From Bispira polyomma (lineage: Eukaryota), in NCBI GenBank assembly GCA_965649765.1, contig OZ287751.1:40610001-40674000 (forward strand): a stretch of 64,000 bases of DNA, given 5' to 3'. The translations under genes and the position numbers were made by a program. The notes under the pieces are model-generated. The model was not told the origin of the DNA and did not search any database. It saw only the letters and a program-made list of their open reading frames with translations. Of the stretch, positions 1-12,558 are shown piece by piece. Position 1 is the stretch's first letter. Every line of letters starts with the position of its first letter.

Positions 1-1335
1 TATTTAATAATACTCTCACATATCATTTTTTTTTACCAGGGAAGTCTTCTGTATGTACAATTTCCTGTTATGAAGAACTGAAGGAAAATGAAATAATATT
101 TTGGGGGGAGTCGACTGCTTGCTGACAGATGTATGTTCTCGGAGTAACAAATGCCATCGGCTACTAGTCGTCAACCTAGAGGTCGAAAGGGTTCACTTTC
201 TTTCAGTGTATTTAGTTTATTTGCATTTATTGCGTATATAATACAAAAGCTAGATTAGAATAGATCAGTATGTGAATATGTTATTAAGTAGCGTTAGAGA
301 TAACCCTGAATAGTTAAGGCAGACAGTCTTAAATGCAACACTTAAGGCTGTTAACACTTAAGGGTGTTAACTTAAGGGTGTATAAGAAATGTATTTATGT
401 ATTGTATATGTACAATAAATAGCTTAAATGTGTTATTCATAACTGTATTATGTAAAATGTAATTTGGCATACGTGTATAAGGCTCTCATATAGGTCTATT
501 TGATATCTATTATAATATTTTTAATTTATTTTTTCACATGTGAACCAAGGTCGTCGAGTCTGTCAAGTGACATCAATGCATTTGAATTGTTATATAACTG
601 TGTATTAGTGTTATGTTTAACTTTTAGTCTCTTAGTTTTCTAATCGTGTATAATATCAATTATGATAAGGCCGGTCAATGACATGATGTAGCAAAGATTA
701 CACACCCATCATCATATGTTGTTATGTGGAGCAGAGTGGAAATGTTATTATCATGCATTTATATTTATATATATCGTGTCACAAAGTGTCAAAGGATGAT
801 TCAAGATAATAATCAAATTTAGATGCTTTGCCGTTCTTGTCTTGTTTACTGTGTTCATGACCTTGACCTCTTACTTAGACTGTGTTATAAACTCGTTTGA
901 TTTTATGGTTTCAAAACGTACCTGTTTGATCTGCTCTTCAGGGAAACTGATAAGTTATCTATCTATCTAGTCAAATGAACCAAATGATCTCATGAGTGAC
1001 AGTTGGATAAATTCTGTGTAATTTCTACTGTATTTTTTTATATTCAATCTAACAATGTTAAACCACAATAAACAAATTGATATGTACATATTTCGTGTCA
1101 CTATACAATTATAACAGAATTTGTATTCACATTATATACAATGTACATATATATATTTGTTCTATATACAGCAGCTATCCACAGTCCACACAAATAGTAT
1201 AGCATATATCGTCATTCAAATAAAGAAGAATGCTACAACACAGTTTACTATATGAGGACATATTATATAGGTGTTGGATCAACAATGCACTCGTATATGA
1301 CGTTTGATTTTGTTGGGGGGTTTTTCACTTCAGTG

Positions 1336-1494
1336 TCACAACAATGTCCCATTTAAGAAGATTATTATTGTAGACAAAACCAGTGACAGTAAACAGTGTC
1401 TTAATGGACTTCCAGCTGATGTTGTGTGCTGTTCCTCTGCTGCTTTGCTCTGTTCTGGTTTGAGGTTACACAGACTAAGGATACGAACAGGAAC
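1336..1494 (-). CDS. Last coding exon (6/6) of a cysteine-rich, putative GPI-anchored protein
   Basis: Acceptor atcttccag|GTT, phase 0. Encodes VPVRILSLCNLKPEQSKAAEEQHTTSAGSPLRHCLLSLVLSTIIIFLNGTLL*. Small residues (TSAGS) followed by a hydrophobic C-terminal tail resemble a GPI signal. Confidence 0.8.
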   Translation of the reverse strand, partial: VPVRILSLCNLKPEQSKAAEEQHTTSAGSPLRHCLLSLVLSTIIIFLNGTLL

Positions 1495-1977
1495 CTGGAA
1501 GATAACACATTGTGATGTAGTCACAAAGTTTTAAGTCATGGTATAAACAAAGACTTAAGGGACTTTTTAAAGACTTTAAAGTTTTGCCCAAGCAAAGTTT
1601 TGTCATAAATACATTTTATAAAGCAGGATAACCAAAAACTTAGCTGAAACAAAAGTCTTACATTAAATGTTTTATTCGGAATTCCAGTTAAAGGTCAGAT
1701 TTTCAAACTATTTCAAGCCTAACTGTACAATTCAAGTAATATTACAAACAATGCCTTGCCAACCTTATTATAATTTTGAAGGATGTAGCTTATAATATGA
1801 TTTTTACAATTTTGTCACAACATTTTGCAGTGTTTGTAGATTTTTTACAATATCCATCACTCAAATCTATCTTCCTAATATGCATATGCAGATTTTACAT
1901 ATCTATTTATTGTGCAATAATGCGTTTTTAGTTTTTTTTAACTATTAATAACTTACAGTAGGATAACACCCACTAAC

Positions 1978-2074
1978 CTGTGCATTAAGTAGGCCACAGT
2001 ACAGCTGTGCAGCATGTTGACCACAAGGACCAGTGAGGGAGTCTTCTATACAGGTCAGAAAGATGTTGTACTGG
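1978..2074 (-). CDS. Coding exon 5/6 of the cysteine-rich protein
   Basis: ccttttgcag|C CAG TAC ... GCA CAG|gttagt; 97 nt, phase 2->0. Encodes QYNIFLTCIEDSLTGPCGQHAAQLYCGLLNAQ. Phases match both neighbours. Confidence 0.85.
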
Positions 2075-2409
2075 CTGCAAAAGGTAAAGAGAAAACATGT
2101 AAAGAAGCTTTAAATTCGAAAAGCAATACAGAAAAACTACATAGATCATATACAAATTTGAATTTTATTTGGGTTTTCCATCCCTTTCAACAGTTCAGGT
2201 CATATCAGGATGGCCAGATGCAATGGTGGAAGAAACCAATGCTGAAGCCACTGTAAACCACCGACGTATGCCAAGTACCTGACAGACTTTGTCACATATG
2301 AAGAACCAAAGCATCATCTCAAAAAGAATATATACACAACATTGATTTTCTGCTGTCCTGTAACTTATTATTTACAATATCATTATTATTGTTATGTTTA
2401 GTGTTAATA

Positions 2410-2645
2410 TTATTACATATGCCAAGAAGGTTATCTTTTCACCCGTGTCTGTTGGCTGGATTGTTTGACACCGAGATTACACAAAAAGTACTAAAGTGAA
2501 TTACATTTAAATTTGGTGCAGAAATGTGGCTTAGGCCAAGCAATAATCAACCAAATTATGGAACAGAACCAGGTACAAGGACAGATCTAAACTTGTTTTT
2601 AACTTTTGTCACGGAGTTATTCACTCCACTGAGTACCCTTCTAAT
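2410..2645 (+). mobile_element. Non-autonomous Helentron-associated (HINE/DINE-1-like) element; related fragments near 15826, 19740, 20560-20690 and 26425-26665
   Basis: Starts ttattacatatgccaagaaggttat...gtctgttggctgg and ends cactccactgagtacccttcta. A reverse-complement head (cataacctccttggcgagg, preceded by gacagacaaacaaac) lies at ~20660. Family assignment is from remembered architecture only. Confidence 0.45.
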
Positions 2646-2878
2646 ATAAATTGATTAAATATATATTCTGATTTCATAGATCATCAAGTTTTCTCCCATT
2701 TCATATGTCATTCAAAGTTACTGGACGGTACAATATCAGAACAATGATTTGACATTGAAACATGTTACTGGATGTAGTTGTTCGGACAAGTGGGAGGTTG
2801 GGATATGACCTTAACTGTCATGTAGAAATGTGTGCTTGGCGGGCCACTTTTAATATTAAAATAGTAACAAAAACATAC

Positions 2879-3020
2879 GTGCAAAGGCTGTGTTTGAACT
2901 GATCCGGTGGCACCTCTGTGATCTGATGGAGAAGTATGGCCATGTCTGTGTAGAAGGTTTCCTTGCACCGTTTCACCGCTGCCGTGTGTGTCATGAAGCA
3001 GTCTTCATGGCTTTGGTAAG
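2879..3020 (-). CDS. Coding exon 4/6 of the cysteine-rich protein
   Basis: cgttgtag|CT TAC ... TGC AC|gtatgt; 142 nt, phase 1->2. Encodes (A)YQSHEDCFMTHTAAVKRCKETFYTDMAILLHQITEVPPDQFKHSLC(T). Confidence 0.85.
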
Positions 3021-3960
3021 CTACAACGAAACAATGGTGCAGTCACAGGTAAGGGCAATGTACAATTGAATGTTCTTTATATCATCCATCGACATTTCGA
3101 ATTACGGGCCAGTTTTAGTTTGATTAAGCATGTACAAACTTACATTCCCAAATCGTGCTTAGCCTTTCCAGAATTGCTCCACAAAAAATTCCATAATTGT
3201 GCAGATTACAAATTTATTCTTCATTATAATTTAACATGATGCAATTGCGGTATTCACTCAATTAATGTACATGGAATTTTAAACATGAGAAGGTTACATG
3301 AAATTTAGAATTATATCATAAATATCAAAAATACATTGTTACTTGTCGTGTGCACTATTCTTTTATATTCGTCTTCACAACAATTTTGATACAACCTCCA
3401 GGGATATTAGGTTGCAAATATACCTTTTCATGACTGCTAAGGTACAGCCATCTAGCACCAGTAACTGTCACCCCCTTAAGGATCAGTTGACATGTTTTAA
3501 CCACCTGTCAGATTGATGCAATTGTCACTCACTAGGTGGCACTGTGATCATACCGGCCTACTTTTTTTGTTACATTTTCAAGTTTACCCTAGCAACTACC
3601 TCCAATTTTCATTGTTTTTGTTTACATTTAACATGCACCATGTCTAAAAATTGACTTAAAGTTCTAATTAAAGTCATTTTCCCACACGCAAATTGGTTAT
3701 CCAAATCCCTATTTATCTACCTGTACCTGATAGCCCCAGAGATGGGGTTGAACCTAGGTCATCCACATTAAAAGACAAGTACATCACTGCATTACAATGG
3801 CAGTTTCTTACCTCTGCTCTGCCAGGGAAGCTATGTTTTTGTCTGTTTGTTCGTTACCCAATACAAAAGCTACTGAACCGATTGACATGTTGTTTTCTGT
3901 TACTTTGGGGCAATCAATTTTATAGTTTAAAACCACCACTTTGTCAAACTTGGGGTACTC

Positions 3961-4235
3961 GATTGGCCATTGATCTACACTCACCCACAAAAGAGTAAGT
4001 ATCCACACAGGGTTTGACCTAGTCCTGCTTGTAAGACTGACTGTAAGTTGGGGGGTTGGACTGGTGATAGATCTACACTCAAGCACCAAAGATTTAGTAT
4101 CCACACATAGTCCTGCTTGAAAGACCAAATGTAAGTTGGGGACTGGATTGGTCGTAGATCTACACTCACCCACAAAAGAGTTGGTATCCACACAGAGTTG
4201 ACCTAGTCCTGCTTGTAAGACTGACTGCAAGTTGG
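3961..4235. repeat. Three diverged ~88-98 bp copies of the exon 3 3' end plus its splice donor
   Basis: Motif gatctacactc...tatccacaca...tagtcctgcttg..aagac...aagttgg recurs at about 3972, 4069 and 4157. Confidence 0.85.
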
Positions 4236-4318
4236 TTCCTATGTCTAGACTGCCAACAGGAGCTTTCTCACACCTTTGATGTAATCGTTGTATACACTGG
4301 AGTGAGTTGTAGTAGGCC
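4170..4318 (-). CDS. Coding exon 3/6 of the cysteine-rich protein
   Basis: taactgccag|G GCC TAC ... TTT GTG G|gtgagt; 149 nt, phase 2->1. Encodes AYYNSLQCIQRLHQRCEKAPVGSLDIGTNLQSVLQAGLGQLCVDTNSFV, which lies inside ORF 3808..4410. Confidence 0.85.
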
Positions 4319-6207
4319 CTGGCAGTTAAACAAACACGAAAAGGTACTGTAGACACACATATATATATAATATATAAGTACATAAGATGCCATGGGAAGT
4401 AATCATACATCCAATATGTTCAATTATTTGATATTGATCTGATTATTTGAGAGTTGTAATAGTGTTGACATTAAAGTACACAAAAAAGTCTTAAATATAT
4501 ATATACATGTAGAAGTTCAAACATGTCCTTAAGAATTCATTAAATAGCAATTTCTTTTTGCTAATAATGAACTTTACTAGTTGCTAAGTTTTTCAATTGA
4601 TTTTGATCTTTAGAATTTGAAAAGAAATGAGTTCAAAGATTGAAACAACAGAATAATTTGAAAATAAACTGATTTACTTGTGTTTATTTAATGAAATTAA
4701 TAATGTAATTAATAAATTTCTAAAGCACCAAATCGATGTCCAGGCAATTTCTAAAGTGCCCCCCATGCATGGAGTTAACCGCTAAGACTAATGCAAGTGC
4801 CACAATAGCGTTTGTAAGTAAGGTGTGTAGTCTGTACTAGGTGAAACCTTTAAGGATGATGAGGCTGCCTGACAAGGTAGGACTTTAAGTTTCTTTAGAA
4901 AGCATTTAGGCTTGTCTAATTACAGATATAAGTAGAAAGCTTGTTCCATTAACTTAGAGCTGCATAAGTAAAAAAAATGACCATCAAAGTTTCTGTTATA
5001 TTTATTTTAACAAACCACATGCAATAATATAATGTAGTATTATTACTAATGATATCCTGCTTAAAGGAATTACCAACAAAATAATAACCTATCTTCCTGA
5101 ATTGGATATCTTGCCTTGGAGATGTATATAAAGCCTGGCATTAAATCCCTCATGTTACTGAAAACCCTCTATACAGAGAAATAGGCTTAAAATCCAGTGT
5201 CTCATTTTCTCCGAAGAAACTCAAGCTTAAATCCAGACTCAGACTGTATAACTCTGGTGAATGGAAATAATCTCTACTTGTGATCACTTATTTTAATTCA
5301 GCTTTCAGTGCTAAATTCAAATATGCAGTCAGATTTTAAATATCCTAACTCCAACCAATAATATGGGGGGGGTGGAGGGGGGCTTTTAAATTTGAGCTTC
5401 AGCTTGGGTCTGAGTTCAGCTTAAGATATTTTGAGAACTTAAGCTCAACCTTAAATGAAGGCTAAATGGATGTACTTCTATAATGAAGTGAGCCATACTT
5501 ATCACCCATTCATTTTTAAAAGACCTTCCATTACTGAATATCATTCTGTAGTTTTTTTTATTCACTTATCTTCACTCTCACCACAGATATATGTGGATAC
5601 CTTAGAGTTACAGTTAAGTTGACCTTCAGAATACAGTGACCACAGTTCTTTCTGAATTACACAACAACCTCCTTGCAATGTGGAAACTCGGATATATACA
5701 AATATTTTCCACACTTTATTCTAACAGAGATTTTTCAACTCTTAATCCACTCATCTCTTTTTATTACAATGATGTATTCCTGTTGTTGAGAGTTTGAGTC
5801 CTAAGTTACGCCTAAGTGTGGTGCTCTTTACAGCATGGCCATGACTTAACAGTCGTTGTCATAAAATATTATAATCATGGACATAAGATACCCCCAGATT
5901 AGCACTTAAATAGTGGATCAAAGTCACCCTTGATTTGACTCTGATTACACGGAAAATCATGGTCTATTATCTTTTTTATGGGGGACATCCTATGTATAGA
6001 CAATAAAAAAAAATTCATAAATTGGATAATTTAACATTAAAAACGGCTGCTCAAAAATTGTAATGTTATGAAACAAAAATCATGTTGAAATTTTTAAAAA
6101 ATAAATGGGAAAGTGTAATAATAGGTGTTTAATTGAAGTAGGCTAGGTTTTTTTGTTTTTATCTTTGAAAAAAGAGCGCACTTATTCTAACGTTTATTAC
6201 ATAAAAG

Positions 6208-9200
6208 CAGTGTTCGAAACTGCCGCCTGCCCGCAAGCGGTCGGCTTGCTACTTTTAAATTGGGCAGTTATCTTTACAGAGTTGCAAGCCCGCTGTGCTT
6301 GTAAGTTAAGATAAGAATTAAATTTAAAAAAGACGTTTCGCAACGGATTTCTCTTTATTTTGAAGCATCGCCATTGCTAGCTTGTCATTTTGTAAATATA
6401 GTTTCGACTCGTCAGAATTTGGGGAAATCCCCCATTGGAAACAGCGCGTAACGAAAGCTAGAAATACTTATTGGAAACGCTACAGGAAGAGCTTTTGATT
6501 AATACCATAAACAGGAAACCCCCACTGGAAACAGAGCGTAGCGAAAGCTACAAAGACTTACTGGAAACGCTACAGGAAGCGCTTTTAATGCTGACTCGAA
6601 ACATCGCGAACCGAAACTAATGGCAGTTAATGGAAAAGCAGTAGAAGCACCACCTAGCGAGTTGGTTTAGTACTTCATTTTGTAAATAACGCGGGATCGA
6701 TAGGCGGTAATCATAAGAGATAAAAGCAATCCCAGGCTTGATACAACAGCTGAATCATCATGGCAAATCAAGCCACACTTTTTTCTTTTTTGGAAAAAAA
6801 TGTTCAGGCAGAAGATCCAGAAACCAAAAAGAGAAAGCTTGAAGAACAAAAACCAAAAAAAAATCAACTGATTATGAAAAAAATATAAGGAAAAGAAATC
6901 CTAAAACCACATGGACCACAGGTAAAATGCTCCTTTGAAACAAATCTGTGTATTATGAATACACTACTACTTTTGATCATAATTCAGCCACCTGTCATAA
7001 ATCGGCAATCATACAACAAATGTGTCATAATTTTAAATTAATTACATTTGTTGGCCTAACTATACTGTACTTCCTCAAAGATTAGTATTGTGAATCCTAT
7101 AGTCCATTTTGTACCAAGACTGGGAATAATTACCATTTAAAATGTGACAGCCGATTTAAAACTGGCGGCCGAATTATAACCAGAGGCAGTACACTGTCTT
7201 TTCAGTCAATAAATATTATTAAATGAATTGCCAAGTTAAAGTGGTACAAGGTTTTAAAGTGGGTGGTCTTAATTGTATGATTGTATCCTCTGTCACTCTG
7301 TGTTTAAGGCCAGTTTTAAGGTAGGGTAAAATTTCTTGACATTTTAAACTTAAGCAAAAAATATCAAAAAACGATTGACTAAAGGCAGATTTAGTTCTTA
7401 ATACATAATATTTGTGTGTTCAAATTCATATAAATAATCAACAAAGAAAAATGGCCCGTGTAGATTTTAAACTCATAATAAAATATGCACTAAATAAAAT
7501 GTAAGGTCAACAAAACCTTATGACCTTATCATTTGTATTTTAGAATTTAATTGGCTCCTAATCAGCCCACAAGACCGGAAAATGTACTGCAAGCTATGCA
7601 GGCAGATTTACGGACCACTTGGAGAAATAAGCAGAAAGAAGGGAGACTCTAACAAGTTAACAAAAGCTGCGTCGGGAGCTTTTGTTGTTGGTTGCAGTAA
7701 TATCAAACATGATGCATTAGTTGTACATGGTAGATCAATTAGTCATAAAGATGCAGTGCAGTGGGTCAATGCTCGCAATGCTCTACCAGGAGAGTCTAAA
7801 GCCGAAAAAATGTTACAGCAAATGAACCAAAGTGTGTTTAATAAACTTGATAAATTATTTAGAAATGCACATGCCATAGCCAAACACTGTCGGCCATTTA
7901 CTGACTTTTGCTGGATGGCAGAACTTGATGAAGCTAAAGGGATTGACTTAGGCAAAACCTATCTTAATGACAAAAACTGAGTTTTTATACATTCTGTTGT
8001 GGAAATTGAGAGGCAAAAGGTCCACGTTATGGTGAACAGAGCAATGTATTTTACAATACTGTCAGATGGGTCTAGTGATGTTTCAGTTATCGAGAACGAG
8101 ATTGTTTACATACGCTTTGCAAGTAAAGGTGAAATTTACACATTTTTTGCTGGACTTGTGGCAGTAGAGAAAGAAAATGCGACAGGAATTTTTGCAGCAA
8201 TACAGAAAGGCCTGGGCTATATAAAGCCAACAGACTTACCACTTCCAGATTTGATGAAACGAGTCATTGCATATTGCAGTGATGGTGCATCAGTAAATAC
8301 TGGACAAATTAATGGGGTTATTGCTTTGATGAGGAATAAAATTGCACCAAACATTATCCTAATCAAATGCTTAGTACACCGATTGGAATTAAGTTACAAA
8401 GATGCAATGAAAGGACTGAAAATTCACGAGAAACTGATGTCAATGCTTTCTTCATTGTATGCATTCTACCACAGGAGTCCTCTAAATTGCAGTAACCTGA
8501 AAAATGCAAATCGAACTTTTGGCCAAAAGGAAGTGATGCCGCTACGTGTTGGGGGAACTGGATGGATGTCACATACTGCAAGAGCCCTCCAAAACTTTTG
8601 GGATGGATATGATTCATTTGTCCTTCACCTTGGTCAAATGTGTAGGATTTATTTTTAATATTTTACATTAACAATCATCACATAACTGTCACTTTGAAAC
8701 TTTTAAGTAACTAAGTTATAATTCAAATCAAAATTTTAAACAGAGAAACAAATCAACAGCAAAACTGAATAGCTATGGCCAACAGCCTGGCAACAGGATT
8801 CTTATACTAAATGATAAATATGCTAAGCAAAAAATGCCAATTAAAAAAACTATGCTAAATAAAATACATTTTTGATATTTTCAACAGTCTTAACCATAAT
8901 GAGTATATAAAACAAAAAACAGTAATAAATAGTAATGATTGTTATAAATAAATATAAAATAAATTTTTATCAAAAATGTGTAAACCATTCTTTTGTAAAA
9001 CCAGGTGTCTCAAGACGGTGATGGGAAAGCAAGAACTAAAGCCCAGGCTATCCTCAAGTTGATGACATTGAAAAGTGTTATTGTGTTTGGCCTCTTCATT
9101 CATGATGTCCTGGCAGTGTTGCAAGGCTTGTCAGTTGCACTTCAAGCGAAAGATGCCACCCTGCATGATTGTCATCACAGACTGAAAGTGGCGTCTGTTT

Positions 9201-11066
9201 CATTGGAAAAACTAAAATCCAGGTAAAATTGCAGTCCTGACACTCCTGTACATATGTAGAGCTGCATACAGACGTTTTTGGTTTGACCTTGTAATCTAAA
9301 ATGTGACCTTTCTAAACAATTGAAATTTATTATATGAAATTTACAGTCACAATCATAAAGTGTCAGTGCAAAAAATTAAACGCAATGAATTTATTTGTGA
9401 GCAAAAAAAAGTTTCTAAAATTTTCTGTTTACATTTAGCCCTGGGTTACACTTGCGAAAGATCGATGAAACTGTAGCCGATGACTTTATGGGTCATTCTC
9501 TGTCTGGGAATTTGATGATGTTTACATCTGCCCGAGGAAAACTGATCGAGCAACTGGTTAATTCTATAAAAACAAGATATCAAGATGTTGATGAAAATGT
9601 CCTTGGTGCTGCAAGGCTTCCATCACTCAAGACCTGGTCTGTTACTCTGGAATCTGGTGAGTTTATTATGTTTATATATAACAATTTCAAATGCAAAAAT
9701 AGTCTATAGTGAGTCTATAGTGAGCCAAAATTATGTTGGGTAGACTGGTAACTAAAAATTGATGAAGTCCATTGTAATAAGATTATAGTAAGTTAATTTG
9801 CTTGTCACTTAATATTTGTTTTATACTATGTTATATTTAGATTTTGGTGATGACCATATCTCCACAGTAGTTGATCATTTTGGTACAAATCTTCAGTCAG
9901 CAGGGGTTAATCTCCAACTCATTCAAAGTGAATGGGACAGCCTAAAGACACTGCTGTATGAAACGTATGTATACAATTAAAATGCTAAACTAAAAATATG
10001 CCTATAATATAAATACAAACGAAAATATATATATATGAATTATAAATATAATATAGTATTTTATGGTATTAATAAATATGTATTATATGTATAGATAACA
10101 ATAATATGTATAATTAAACAGTATAAATAACAATGTATGGTACAATAAATTAAAAATGCAGAAAATTGCTGGGAGCCAACAATACAAAAGTAATACCTGA
10201 AAGGAAACAGAATAAGTAACTAAGCCTTAGCTGCCTTAACTGACTCAACTTAAATATTTATTAAATATTTTTTATATTGTTTTTTCATCAAGCCAAATAC
10301 CACAAGAGTTGACCTGGCCCAAAATCAATGATGCCTATGCAGATGGTCACACAAACATCTTGCCTGTAATAGATTTGTTACTCAGTTTGCCAGCTAGCAC
10401 AGCTGAATGTGAGCGAGGTCTCTCCAGAATGAAAAATACAAAAAATTGCTATAGAAATAAGCTACATGCAACCACCATGACTGATTTGATAGCAGTGTAA
10501 CTACATTCACCAGAAGTAGCAAAGTTTGACCCTGTGCAATCTATCCATCACTGGAATGCAACATCAATGCACAAGAGACGTCCTGAGTACCGAGATCAGA
10601 CCGCCGCTACTGGGTCTGCTGATAATGAAGTCAGTATAGAATGGGCAACTGTCCCTGGGCAACTTTCAGAAGCTGCAGAAGCTGGCCCTTCTAACACTGA
10701 ACCAGATGTTGCTGAGTCAGCTGAGAATGATTTTTCAGACTACGAATCTGATTACAGCAGCTACACAGTGACAATGAATTGTCTGATGAATCAGGAACAG
10801 ACTAGCAGCATTGTAAATTAGTAACATTGTCCCTATATATGTGACATTACAGACATGACAAGTTTATAGCTTGAAAAGTAATTAGCTTGGAATAAATTTT
10901 TTTTTGATTATTATACATGGAGGCCACAATACACATATAGGCCAGCTGTTTCAAGGACTAATATTGGTCAGACTACTGGGCAGGGAATCTCTGGCCTGGG
11001 CTTGTAACTTTTAAGAGGTACCAGCCCACTGGGTATGCAACTTTTTGGTGGTAGTTTCGAACACTG
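6208..11066 (+). mobile_element. hAT DNA transposon (ZNF862-like transposase), full length with TIRs, intronic and antisense to the host gene
   Basis: TIR cagtgttcgaaact(gccgcc) at 6208 and (ggtggt)agtttcgaacactg ending at 11066: 14 bp perfect, 18/20 overall. Flanks cataaaag/ggtaaaag form an imperfect 8-bp TSD. Subterminal ~89-bp direct repeat at 6425-6590. Confidence 0.92.
6800..10821 (+). pseudogene. Spliced hAT transposase, inactivated by stops (exons ~6800-6921, 7544-8637, 9005-9222, 9439-9656, 9841-9964, 10293-~10800)
   Basis: Zn-finger-like FNWL...MYCKLC; catalytic motifs LSDGSSD, YCSDGASVN, CLVHRL and the dimerisation-domain PASTAECERG. GT-AG junctions are phase compatible except for a degenerate donor near 8638. 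Stops at 7978 and 10498. Confidence 0.85.
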
Positions 11067-12441
11067 GGTAAAAGGACCACTGTCCTCATTTATATCAGAC
11101 TTTACTACCTTCTATCAATATATCACTTACTTACAGATAAAAGACCACTCTCCTCACTTATATCAGACTTTACTACCTTCTATCAATATATCACTTACTT
11201 ACAGGTAAAAGACCACTGTTCTCACTTATATCAGACTTTACTACCTTCTATCAATATATCACTTACTTACAGGTAAAAGACCACTGTTCTCACTTATATC
11301 AGACTTACTACCTTCTATCAATATATTCCTTACTTACAGGTAAAAAACCACTGTCCTCACTTATATCAGACTTTACTACCTTCTATCAATATATCACTTA
11401 CTTGCAGGTAAAAGACCACTGTCCTCACTTATATCAGACTTTACTACTTTCTATCAATATATTCCTTACTTACAGGTAAAAGACCACTGTCCTCACTTAT
11501 ATCAAACTTTACTACCTTCTATCAATATATCACTTACTTACAGGTAAAAGACCACTGTTCTCACTTATATCAGACTTACTATCTTCTATCAATATATTCC
11601 TTACTTACAGGTAAAAAACCACTGTCCTCACTTATATCAGACTTTACTACTTCCTATCAATATATTCCTTACTTACAGGTAAAAGACCACTGTCCTCACT
11701 TATATCAGACTTTACTACCTTTTATCAATATATCACTTACTTGTAGGTAAAGGGCCACTGTTGTCACTTATATCAGACTTTACTACCTTCTATCAATATA
11801 TTCCTTACTTACAGGTAAAAGACCACTGTTCTCATTTATATCAGACTTTACTACTTTCTATTAATATATCACTTACTTGCAGGTAAAAGACCACTGTTCT
11901 CACTTATATCAGACTTTATTGCCTTCTATCAATATATCACCTACTTACAGGTAAAAGACCACTGTCCTCACTTATATCAGACTTTACTACCTTCTATCAA
12001 TATATCACTTACTTACAGGTAAAAGACCACTGTCCTCACTTATATCAGACTTTACTACCTTCTATCAATATATCACTTACAGGTAAAAGACCACTGTCCT
12101 CACTTACATCAGACTTCACTACCTTCTATCAATATATCACTTACTTACAGGTAAAAGACCACTGTTCTCACTTATATCAGACTTTACTACCTTCTAATAA
12201 TATATCACTTACTTGTAGGTAAAGGACCACTGTCCCCACTTATATCAGACTTTTCTACCATCTAATAATATATCACTTACTTGTAGGTAAAAGACCACTG
12301 TCCTCACTTATATCAGACTTTACTACCTTCCATTAATATATCACTTACTTACAGGTAAAAGACCTCTGTTCTCAGTTATATCAGACTTTACTATCTTCTA
12401 TCAATATATTACTTACTTGCAGGTAAAGGACCACTGTTCTC
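11067..12441. repeat. Tandem array, 68-bp unit, ~20 copies (exon 2 3' end plus splice donor)
   Basis: Unit acaggtaaaagaccactgttctcacttatatcagactttactaccttctatcaatatatcacttactt; acaggtaaaa at 11201 and 11269 gives a period of 68. Confidence 0.97.
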
Positions 12442-12558
12442 TAGTCAGAGAGCCCACCACTGAGATGTTACTGAGTGTCTCCATAGGGTCAATGCATTGT
12501 TCAGCCTCCAGGGCCAAACTGACCATGTCCTGACAGTCAGCTTGTGATTGTACACCAC
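12417..12558 (-). CDS. Coding exon 2/6 of the cysteine-rich protein, sandwiched between two tandem arrays
   Basis: tattttatag|GT GGT GTA ... TGC AA|gtaagt; 142 nt, phase 1->2. Encodes (G)GVQSQADCQDMVSLALEAEQCIDPMETLSNISVVGSLTREQWSFTC(K). Its middle is the only unique sequence between the 68-bp and 36-bp arrays. Confidence 0.8.
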
